64,000 bases of DNA from an uncultured Candidatus Saccharibacteria bacterium (GTDB lineage Bacteria > Patescibacteriota > Minisyncoccia > JAHISW01 > Tagabacteraceae). Position 1 is the stretch's first letter. Each line of letters begins with the position of its first letter. Location of the stretch: the NCBI GenBank assembly GCA_964601305.1, contig CAZRMW010000001.1, forward strand, positions 34,376-98,375, read 5' to 3'. Positions 27,794 to 34,944 of this stretch are shown here, in pieces. Made by a program: the position numbers and the translations under genes. Below the pieces are notes generated by a model that was not told the origin of the DNA, did not search any database, and worked only from the letters and a program-made list of their open reading frames with translations.

Positions 27794-29185
27794 TTATTTA
27801 TCTATTTCATTTAAAACATTTTCAAAAATTTGAATCTGTTCTTTTAGTTTTTTTGCCGATATAATAATCGGTGGGCAAAAACGAATTACTTTTTTACCAC
27901 ACGGAGCAAGAAGAAGCGAAAGGTTTTTTTGTTTTTTAGCTAAGTTTATTACTGCATTTCTCACACTCGTGTCAAAAAATTCCATGCCAATCATCAATCC
28001 TTTGCCACGAATTGCCCACACTGTGTCCGGATGTTTTGCTACTATTTTTCGAAGAAGTACAAGCGCGTATTCGCCCATTTTTTGCGCGTTTTTAGTTTCG
28101 TCCACTGCTTCTTCAATTACCTCTAAATTAGCATGCACTGCCGCAGCTGGAATGGGAGAAGCATGCATACTTCCCGAATGCATCCCCGGCTCCAAATAGT
28201 TAAATTTTTCTTTGTTTGCGACAACGGCAGATATAGGCAGACCTGCACCCAAAGATTTTGAGAGAAGAATCATATCCGGCTCTATACCAAAGTGCTCACA
28301 GCCAAACATTTTTCCTGTACGCCCAAGCCCAGTTTGAATTTCATCTGCAATTATATATATTCCCTTCTCTCTCAAATAATTTACAAGATACACCAACCCA
28401 TCTTTATCTGGCACATTTATACCCCCTTCCCCTTGAATTGGTTCAAAGAAAAAACCAATAAACGGTGGGTGGTGACGAAGATTTAAAAAATAATCAACCT
28501 CGTCTTTAATTTGTTTCTTGGTAATATTTCCAGTTGGTAAAGTTAATCTTGCAACGCTACAGCTAGACGAAGCTCCCCACAAATGCACTGCTTTTGAATT
28601 AGACAACATTTGCGCCTCTCCATGCCTGCCATGAAAAGCCTTTCTAAATGCAAAAAAAGAAAAATTAAACATGTCATTGTGTTTTATAGAAAGAATTTTT
28701 TGTTTCCGTAATTTTTCAAGCTCCTCTGTGCTACACAGACCCCTGCTTCTCAAGTAAGAAATCCTTTGGATTTTTGCCGATACATTAACCGCCAAAGATC
28801 CTGAAGCTTCAAACATAACAAGCTTTTCAAAAGGCATTATTCTGTCGGTCAATTTTATCAATTTTTTTGCAAGCTCCACACGAGAAATTGTTGCCCAACT
28901 TCTTTTATCTTCTTTTTTTCTTATTCTTACGCTGTATGGCCAATCTGCAGAAATTACAGAAGTTAAAGCATCTGTCATAGCTTTTAGATAATATCTAACT
29001 TTTTTATGACAAAGCCCAGTATTATTTAAAGAGATTTGCGAAGTAGCATCTGTAAAAAGATTACCCTCAATGTCTTGAAAAGAACTCCCTGCTCCCCCTA
29101 CAATTACCGGCCCCTTATCGTCTACTGTTGTTGGAAATAAATACTTTTTTTCTTCGTCCATATACTTCTGAGTTTTTGTTTTCAT
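27794..29185 (-). CDS. class-III (aspartate aminotransferase superfamily) PLP aminotransferase with extended N-terminal region
   Basis: IIADEIQTGLGRTGKMFGCEHFGIEPDMILLSKSLGAGLPISAV matches the class III aminotransferase PLP-lysine region; SD GGAG upstream. Confidence 0.7.
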   Translation of the reverse strand: MKTKTQKYMDEEKKYLFPTTVDDKGPVIVGGAGSSFQDIEGNLFTDATSQISLNNTGLCHKKVRYYLKAMTDALTSVISADWPYSVRIRKKEDKRSWATISRVELAKKLIKLTDRIMPFEKLVMFEASGSLAVNVSAKIQRISYLRSRGLCSTEELEKLRKQKILSIKHNDMFNFSFFAFRKAFHGRHGEAQMLSNSKAVHLWGASSSCSVARLTLPTGNITKKQIKDEVDYFLNLRHHPPFIGFFFEPIQGEGGINVPDKDGLVYLVNYLREKGIYIIADEIQTGLGRTGKMFGCEHFGIEPDMILLSKSLGAGLPISAVVANKEKFNYLEPGMHSGSMHASPIPAAAVHANLEVIEEAVDETKNAQKMGEYALVLLRKIVAKHPDTVWAIRGKGLMIGMEFFDTSVRNAVINLAKKQKNLSLLLAPCGKKVIRFCPPIIISAKKLKEQIQIFENVLNEIDK

Positions 29186-29204
29186 TTTTGTCTCCGCTTT
29201 TCAA

Positions 29205-29251
29205 GGTTTATTCTATACTTCTTGTACCACAAATAATGTTGTATTACAATG
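29205..29251 (-). promoter_or_regulatory. third copy of the conserved promoter motif (TACCACAAATAATGTTGTATTACAATG on plus strand), upstream of the aminotransferase gene
   Basis: Reverse complement gives TTGTAA - 17 nt - TGGTACAAG / TATAGAAT; shares the ATTATTTGTGGTA spacer with 17922..17998. Confidence 0.4.
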
Positions 29252-29311
29252 AAATCAGAAGCTTGAAAGCCACGCCGTAACCTACAGATGCAGTTGGGCA
29301 GGGAGGGAAAA

Positions 29312-29629
29312 ATGATAAGAAAAGAACTTTCAAAATTTGAAAAAACAATAGCAAATCTCTGTATTTGGAGCCTAAGAAAACATGATTTTTTAGTTTTTTG
29401 GGTAGGAACAATGTCTGGGTTCATAGGAAGTGCTTTAATTTTTCTGCTATTTATAGACAAAATGACTACAACAATTGGAATCTTAGGTATCAGTTTTTTG
29501 CTCTTGATCCTTTTTTTAATTCTCGCAAGATGGAAATATTTAAATAAAATAAAAGATTACCCCGAAGCAAAAGAAGCTTATGAGGCCATGTTGGAACTAA
29601 TAAAAAAAAGAGGATATATAAAAAAATAA
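29312..29629 (+). CDS. small membrane protein
   Basis: About 105 aa with 2 TM helices; start ambiguous (track 29288). Confidence 0.4.
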   Translation: MIRKELSKFEKTIANLCIWSLRKHDFLVFWVGTMSGFIGSALIFLLFIDKMTTTIGILGISFLLLILFLILARWKYLNKIKDYPEAKEAYEAMLELIKKRGYIKK

Positions 29630-29660
29630 AAAGCCCTTGCCTTATTGGCAAAGGGTTTTT
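29629..29660. terminator. terminator hairpin AAGCCCTTGCC-ttatt-GGCAAAGGG plus T-run
   Basis: GC stem plus TTTTT immediately after the stop of 29312..29629. Confidence 0.5.
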
Positions 29661-29674
29661 ATTATACAAATACA

Positions 29675-31750
29675 ATGAAATATTATATTTTTACATTTGG
29701 GTGTGGCGCCAACCACGCTGACAGTGAAAGAATCGCCAGAAAATTGAAAGCCCTCGGCCACAAAAAAGCAGTTTCTTCCAAAGAGGCTAGTTTAATAGTG
29801 CTCAATGCCTGCTCTGTTAGAAAATCTGCTATAGATAGAGTTTATGGCAAAGTAAAAAATCTAAAAAACAAGCAAATTATACTAGCAGGCTGTCTCCTTG
29901 ATTCAGATAGAAAAAAATTAGAAAAAAAAGTAAAAGCTATTTGGCATCCAGACGAATATTTCGATTTATCCCCCATAAACGAAACTTCTTTTCGTGCGCT
30001 TATACCAATCACAAAAGGTTGTAATAATTTTTGTTCGTACTGTGCTGTGCCCTACACACGAGGAAAAGAAAAATCTCGCCCAGCAAAAGACATAATCAAT
30101 GAAATTAAAGAATTAATAAAAAATAATTATAAAGAAATATGGCTGTTGGGACAAAATGTAAATAGCTATAAATCTGGGAAAACAAATTTTCCAAAACTTC
30201 TTCAGAAAATAAACAAGATTGAAGGTAATTTTTGGATAAAATTTACTTCCCCTCACCCAAAGGATTTCTCCAACGAATTAATACAAACTATAAAAAAATG
30301 TGAAAAGGTTACCAACTACATAAACCTGCCTGTTCAATCTGGGGACAATGAAATTTTGAAGAAAATGAATCGAAAATATACACGCCAGCACTACATTAAG
30401 CTTGTAAACAAAATTAAAAAAGCTATTCCAGATGTAGCAATTTCTACAGATACTATCGTAGGATTCCCTGGAGAAACACGCACTCAATTTAAAAACACTC
30501 TAGATTTGTACAAAAAAATTAAATTCGATATGGCTTTTATTTCACAATACTCCCCTCGCACAGGCACCGTATCCGCACGAACTATGAAAGACAACATAAA
30601 ACACATAAAAAAAGAAAAGCGCGACAAAGAGCTTACAAAAGTATTAGCCAAATATTCGCTCGAGAAAAATAAAAAATTAGTTGGGCAAACTATAAAAGTT
30701 TTAATTGACTCACAAAAAGACACTAATTTTTTTGGCCGCACAGAAGGCAACAAAATAGTTAAAATAAATAAAACTGATTCTATAAGTATAGGAAAATTTG
30801 TAGATATAAAAATAACAAAAGCTACCTCTTGGAAGCTGGAGGGAGAAATCGCTCCTACAAAAATTATAGTAGTTTTGGGCCCCACAAGCTCTGGAAAAAG
30901 CGACTTAGCTGTAGATATAGCTCTTCAATTCCCTTCTGAAATTATTTCTGCAGATTCTAGGCAAGTTTATAAACACATACCTATCGGTACAGGGGCTATA
31001 ACCAAAAAAGAAATGAAGGGTATTTCCCATCATTTGCTAGGTTTTGTAAATCCCAAAAAAACATATACTGCAATAGATTTTAAAAAAGATGCAGAAAAAG
31101 CTATAAAAGAAATTCTAAACAAAAACAAAATACCAATAATATGTGGTGGCACAGGGTTTTATATACAAACACTTTTAAGTGGCAATAATTTACCAAAAGT
31201 AAAACCAAACTGGCCTCTTAGAAAAAAAATGGAGAAAAAAACAGCAGGCCAACTTTTTAAACAACTTCAAAAGCTCGACCCCAAACGCGCTAAAAACATA
31301 GATTCAAAAAACAAGCGGCGTTTAATTCGTGCTATCGAGATTGCTATCAAATTAACGAAGTCGGACTTCGATAGTTCACTACCGAAATCCGACTTCAATA
31401 GTTGGGATGTGCTGTATTTAGGTATAGAAAGAAAAAGTGGTAATTTAGAAAAACTTATCAGAAAAAGAATTTTGGGACTTATAAAAAGAGGGCTTTTGGC
31501 AGAAGTAAAAAATTTAAGAAAGAAAAAAGTCTCCTGGAAAAGAATAGACGAACTAGGTTTTGAGTATAAATACCCAGCTCAATATATCCGCGAAGAAATA
31601 AATAAAGAAGAAATGGTAGAAAAAATACTTACAGGAAATAATAAGTACGCAAAAAGACAGATGACTTGGTTTTTAAAATATACCCCAAAGACAATTTGGG
31701 TAAAAAATTCTAAGGAAGCTATGAAATTATCTAAAAAATTTTTAGACTAA
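29675..31750 (+). CDS. miaB-miaA: fusion protein: MiaB-like radical-SAM methylthiotransferase (MTTase-N, radical SAM, TRAM) fused to MiaA tRNA dimethylallyltransferase
   Basis: Start MKYYIFTFGCGANHADSE (MTTase N-terminus Cys), LNACSVR, AGC, CNNFCSYCAVP radical SAM, TRAM region; then IIVVLGPTSSGKSDLAVDIAL (P-loop), ISADSRQVYKHIPIGT, HHLLGF = MiaA. Single continuous 692-aa ORF. Confidence 0.8.
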   Translation: MKYYIFTFGCGANHADSERIARKLKALGHKKAVSSKEASLIVLNACSVRKSAIDRVYGKVKNLKNKQIILAGCLLDSDRKKLEKKVKAIWHPDEYFDLSPINETSFRALIPITKGCNNFCSYCAVPYTRGKEKSRPAKDIINEIKELIKNNYKEIWLLGQNVNSYKSGKTNFPKLLQKINKIEGNFWIKFTSPHPKDFSNELIQTIKKCEKVTNYINLPVQSGDNEILKKMNRKYTRQHYIKLVNKIKKAIPDVAISTDTIVGFPGETRTQFKNTLDLYKKIKFDMAFISQYSPRTGTVSARTMKDNIKHIKKEKRDKELTKVLAKYSLEKNKKLVGQTIKVLIDSQKDTNFFGRTEGNKIVKINKTDSISIGKFVDIKITKATSWKLEGEIAPTKIIVVLGPTSSGKSDLAVDIALQFPSEIISADSRQVYKHIPIGTGAITKKEMKGISHHLLGFVNPKKTYTAIDFKKDAEKAIKEILNKNKIPIICGGTGFYIQTLLSGNNLPKVKPNWPLRKKMEKKTAGQLFKQLQKLDPKRAKNIDSKNKRRLIRAIEIAIKLTKSDFDSSLPKSDFNSWDVLYLGIERKSGNLEKLIRKRILGLIKRGLLAEVKNLRKKKVSWKRIDELGFEYKYPAQYIREEINKEEMVEKILTGNNKYAKRQMTWFLKYTPKTIWVKNSKEAMKLSKKFLD

Positions 31751-32877
31751 TTATAAACAGGTACACTATTTGCGATTTGATATGCTTCTATCTTCAGACT
31801 CTTTCCGTTGTTGTAGTAATTATTAAAATCACTCCCCTCTTTTGAGCCAATATTTACAATAGCATTTGATAAATTTTGCACTGCTTGATTAAACAAGTCT
31901 GCTGATTCTACTATATTATTTACCGTAGTCTGATAAGTATATGGAGTTCTATTTTCATACAAATCTGTAGCTCCTTCTTTAGCGTCGTTAAATAAATCTC
32001 TAGCACGGCTTACAAAAGTAAAAGCAGCGACATCGTTTGATTTGTCTATTTCAGAAATTGCAGAGTTTAAATGATCGTTTCCATCTTTTAGCATACCTAC
32101 ATATATTTGCATCTCGTTGCTTAGTTTTTCTAGTTTTTCCATTTCTGCTTGCCTCTCAAGCTCTTCTGCCCTCCTTTGCTCAGCTTCTATTTGTGCTTGA
32201 GTTTCGTTTATTTTGTTTTGAGATTGTTGCAATAAAGTTTGTGTAGACTGTAAGGCTTCTTCAGTTTGTTTTTTTTGTGAAGATGTTTGTTGGAGTGCAG
32301 ATTCTATTTGGGACTTAGACCTCTCTACCTGCTCCCTTTTTGTTTCTTCTTTTTTTATTGCCTGCCTTAAATTATTTATTTTATAAGAAACTTCTTCCTC
32401 AAAAGAACTAATTAAATCTTTCGACTGACCATACAAAAGCACTGCTTCCTCGTAAAACTTAAACTCTTCATTTAAAACTGCTTCGCTGTTTTTTAATAAA
32501 ACTTCAACACTAATCCAATCTTCTTTCTCTGCTGCTTCTTTTGCTCTTAAAAAATTCTCTTCGGCAATAAAAAGTTTTTTAACACTTTCTATTTTTATTT
32601 CAACCTCATTGTTTTCTGAATTTTTTTCTTTTAGTTTGTCGTAAAGGACGAGAGCTGCTGAATAATTACCACTAGAGGTTTCCTCTAATGCTTCTTCTGT
32701 AAGCTTTTTTTCTACATATCTATTAACTAAATTGTTAGCCAATGCCACTCCTGAAAACAAGCAAAACACGACAAAAGAAGCTAATAAAACTTTTTTGTTC
32801 ATTTTTAACTTTAAATTTGGCCTGAATCTAAGCTTTGAAGTTTTTTTTGTTTCTTTTGGTTTTATGTCGTCCATCAT
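31747..32877 (-). CDS. membrane-anchored coiled-coil protein
   Basis: 376 aa; N-terminal TM then long Q/E/K-rich coiled coil. Confidence 0.5.
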   Translation of the reverse strand: MMDDIKPKETKKTSKLRFRPNLKLKMNKKVLLASFVVFCLFSGVALANNLVNRYVEKKLTEEALEETSSGNYSAALVLYDKLKEKNSENNEVEIKIESVKKLFIAEENFLRAKEAAEKEDWISVEVLLKNSEAVLNEEFKFYEEAVLLYGQSKDLISSFEEEVSYKINNLRQAIKKEETKREQVERSKSQIESALQQTSSQKKQTEEALQSTQTLLQQSQNKINETQAQIEAEQRRAEELERQAEMEKLEKLSNEMQIYVGMLKDGNDHLNSAISEIDKSNDVAAFTFVSRARDLFNDAKEGATDLYENRTPYTYQTTVNNIVESADLFNQAVQNLSNAIVNIGSKEGSDFNNYYNNGKSLKIEAYQIANSVPVYN

Positions 32878-32936
32878 TACTTTTATTATAGCTTCCTAGC
32901 CACATTTAGGACAAGTAAAGTGTGTGAATAAACTTA

Positions 32937-33407
32937 CTACATCACAGAAAATTTTTTATTTTTCAAATCAACTAGATGTAGGCCAAACAAATTTGTATTT
33001 AATTTTTTAAATCCAAGTTTTTGATACAAAATATTAGCCCCCTTTCTTTCAGAACTAGAGCCACTTGTTAAATATACGGATCTCACTTTTCTTTTTTTTG
33101 CTTCTTTCAACAATACTTTCATAAGTTTTTTACCAATTCCCTGGTGTCGATAATCTTTGTCAACAAATACGTCATCTATCATTGCTTTCTTGCAAACATA
33201 TATTTCCACAAAATGTATAGAAGCTGTGCCTACAATTTTCTCTTCATCAAAAGCTCCAAAAGAAATAAAATCTCCGTCCAAAATTCTCTTGATATCTATC
33301 TCTGACAAGCTCTTAGCATTTTTAGTAAGTTGCTTCATCAAGCTATTTAAAGACTTAATAAACTCTTCGTTTATATCTTTCTTTTTTATTTGTCTTATTT
33401 TTACCAT
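32937..33407 (-). CDS. GNAT-family N-acetyltransferase
   Basis: RHQGIGKKLMKVLLKEAKKRK (acetyl-CoA binding R/Q-x-x-G-x-G/A motif) and YLTSG...NILYQKLGF. Confidence 0.7.
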   Translation of the reverse strand: MVKIRQIKKKDINEEFIKSLNSLMKQLTKNAKSLSEIDIKRILDGDFISFGAFDEEKIVGTASIHFVEIYVCKKAMIDDVFVDKDYRHQGIGKKLMKVLLKEAKKRKVRSVYLTSGSSSERKGANILYQKLGFKKLNTNLFGLHLVDLKNKKFSVM

Positions 33408-33467
33408 ATAAAATATAGTGAACTAAATACTAAGTTTATTTCATGATACTCTAAAAAACCTGTGTTT

Positions 33468-33647
33468 TTACTTCTTCCAGTCTTCTAAAATTATTCTGCT
33501 TCCAACTTTTCGGACTTTTATTTTTTGTCTTTCTCGCCATTTCAACTCACGCACAATTTCAATAGGTAAAGTTAGCCCCATACTTCGTCCCCCACCCATT
33601 CTTGTTAATTTCCTCAAATTTTTCTCTTTTAATTTTCGTCTTGCCAT
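33468..33647 (-). CDS. AbrB/MazE/SpoVT-fold small DNA-binding protein (59 aa; not in ORF track)
   Basis: MARRKLKEKNLRKLTRMGGGRSMGLTLPIEIVRELKWRERQKIKVRKVGSRIILEDWKK: swapped-hairpin pattern (G-x-x-x-T-L/I-P-x-E-I-R-x-x-L); 60 nt upstream of the GNAT gene. Confidence 0.5.
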   Translation of the reverse strand: MARRKLKEKNLRKLTRMGGGRSMGLTLPIEIVRELKWRERQKIKVRKVGSRIILEDWKK

Positions 33648-33668
33648 ATTTTGAGTATATCATACCTG

Positions 33669-33748
33669 CTACTGAATTAAATACTGAATTAATTCAGTAG
33701 CAAGAAAAAAGTACAAAACACCGCGACCGCTACATTTTGTACTTTTTT
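33669..33748. terminator. two consecutive hairpins (CTACTGAATTAA..TTAATTCAGTAG; AAAAAAGTACAAAA..TTTTGTACTTTTTT)
   Basis: Perfect stems with A/T runs downstream of tRNA-Trp / element A on the minus strand. Confidence 0.5.
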
Positions 33749-33876
33749 ATTTCGAGCACGGGATGAGGGAATCGGTCACAAATCACTAAGTATATTTCTT
33801 CGCTACGCTCGAAATCTACAAAGTGTTCGCGACCCCGCCTCCTTCACTTCGTTCAGTCCGGCATTCGATTCCCTCC
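33747..33876. repeat. partial duplicate of the tRNA-Trp 3' end (TTTCGAGCACGGGATGAGGGAATCGG) fused to a GC-rich about 100-nt element bounded by inverted T-arm-like repeats
   Basis: 25-nt identity with the 3' end plus trailer of tRNA-Trp 190 bp away, in direct orientation; junction GG|TCACAAATC; element ends GGCATTCGATTCCCTCC (inverse of GAGGGAATCG). Confidence 0.45.
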
Positions 33877-33933
33877 TTTTTCTGAACTTACAAAACAAAA
33901 AACATGGCATTTAGCCATCTTTTTTGTTTCGAG

Positions 33934-34004
33934 CACGGGATGAGGGAATCGAACCCCCGACCGCGGTTTTGGAGACCGCTATTATACCACTTAACTAATC
34001 CCGC
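33934..34004 (-). tRNA. tRNA-Trp (anticodon CCA)
   Basis: Acceptor GCGGGAT/ATCCCGT (G1-U72), anticodon arm GCGGT-CTCCAAA-ACCGC, T-arm GGGGG-TTCGATT-CCCTC, discriminator G. Confidence 0.65.
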
Positions 34005-34074
34005 TTTTGTTTTTCTGGTTATACTGATAGTATAACAGAAGATAAAAATTTTCTACAGAAAAGGATCTTTAAAA

Positions 34075-34422
34075 ATGAACGAAAAAAATTTTGAAAGATA
34101 TTGTCCAAAATGCAACAAAAAAGCTGAAAAGTGCAATCAATCCATTTTTAGAGTAATTAGCTGGTTCAGCACAGTAAAAAGAATTGATATAATCTATTTT
34201 CTTTGCAGTAATTGTCGATTAGTTTATATAGACAAAAGTATTGTTTTAAAAATTATAAGTGATTTTAGAAGATCTTTGAGAAAAGACCAGAGAAAGAAAC
34301 TTTCCCACCTAGAGACGTACCAGAGAATTTTAAAAACACTAGAAAAAGATATTTCAGAATTTAGAGTAAATCGTCTTGGATATAGAAAAGTAGATCGTTT
34401 CAACAAAAAGCCTAGCAAATGA
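34075..34422 (+). CDS. hypothetical Cys-rich (Zn-ribbon-like) basic protein
   Basis: 115-aa ORF with CPKC...C and CSNC; opposite strand to its neighbours. Confidence 0.3.
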   Translation: MNEKNFERYCPKCNKKAEKCNQSIFRVISWFSTVKRIDIIYFLCSNCRLVYIDKSIVLKIISDFRRSLRKDQRKKLSHLETYQRILKTLEKDISEFRVNRLGYRKVDRFNKKPSK

Positions 34423-34435
34423 TTGCCAGGGCTTT

Positions 34436-34597
34436 TTATTTTTTTTTGCCTTCTTTGTGTGGCGTACGCTTCTTACACCACTTGCAAAACTTACTGAACT
34501 CTATTTTACGCTCAACTTTTTTCTTGTTTTTGCGGGTCCAGTAATTGATTCTTTTACATTCTCCGCAAAGTAGTTTAATTAGTTTGTCTTGGCTCAT
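34436..34597 (-). CDS. rpmG: 50S ribosomal protein L33 (Zn-ribbon type); missed by ORF track (53 aa)
   Basis: MSQDKLIKLLCGECKRINYWTRKNKKKVERKIEFSKFCKWCKKRTPHKEGKKK: C-x-x-C...NY-x-T-x-KNKK...C-x-x-C...H-K-E pattern of L33. Confidence 0.8.
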   Translation of the reverse strand: MSQDKLIKLLCGECKRINYWTRKNKKKVERKIEFSKFCKWCKKRTPHKEGKKK

Positions 34598-34633
34598 AGG
34601 GAATAATATATATCAAGACAGCCAAAAAAGCAA

Positions 34634-34856
34634 CGGTGGGGAGGGATTCGGTCACAAGTCTGCCTGTATAGAGGGATTCGGCCGCTCTCGTGGATCTCGT
34701 TTCGTGCTACGCACTCGCTGCGATCTCACTCCCTCGGCCCCCACTCGGGCTGTCGTCCGCCCAAGGCGGACTCGCTTCACCAGCCCTCGGTTCGAATCCT
34801 TCCTCACTGCAAAACAGTAAAGCCTCAATGCTTCGCATTGAGACTAAACTGTTTTG
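34634..34856 (-). other. GC-rich structured element B (about 220 nt) between tRNA-Tyr and rpmG, beginning with a partial duplicate of the tRNA-Tyr 3' end; homologous to element A
   Basis: GGGGAGGGATTCGG|TCACAAGTC shares the junction motif with 33762..33785; internal GC-rich stems (GTCCGCCCAAGGCGGAC); ends with sense T-arm-like GGTTCGAATCC; GC content far above its surroundings. Confidence 0.4.
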
Positions 34857-34941
34857 TGCATGGGGAGGGATTCGAACCCCCGTAGTCCGTTAGGACGACA
34901 GTTTTACAGACTGTTGCATTTAGCCACTCTGCCACCCATGC
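34857..34941 (-). tRNA. tRNA-Tyr (anticodon GUA), long variable arm
   Basis: Acceptor GCATGGG/CCCATGC, anticodon arm ACAGT-CTGTAAA-ACTGT, variable arm GTCC-TAAC-GGAC, T-arm GGGGG-TTCGAAT-CCCTC, discriminator A. Confidence 0.75.
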
Positions 34942-34944
34942 AAA

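Noticed and set aside
29182-29460. 92-aa minus-strand ORF in the track
   Set aside because: It overlaps the promoter and SD of the aminotransferase gene and the start of the convergent 29312..29629 ORF; no motif.
34545-34820. 91-aa ORF (plus strand) and other track ORFs inside the GC-rich element B
   Set aside because: It lies entirely within a structured, GC-rich non-coding element next to tRNA-Tyr. Its Arg/Ser/Pro-rich translation is a GC-composition artefact.
34634-34856. Element B as tmRNA, SRP RNA or RNase P RNA
   Set aside because: It lacks the tmRNA 5' GGGG...tRNA-like pairing with a CCA-proximal 3' end, the SRP domain-IV GGAAGCAGCC motif, and RNase P conserved regions. It shares its junction motif and blocks with the tRNA-Trp-adjacent element instead.
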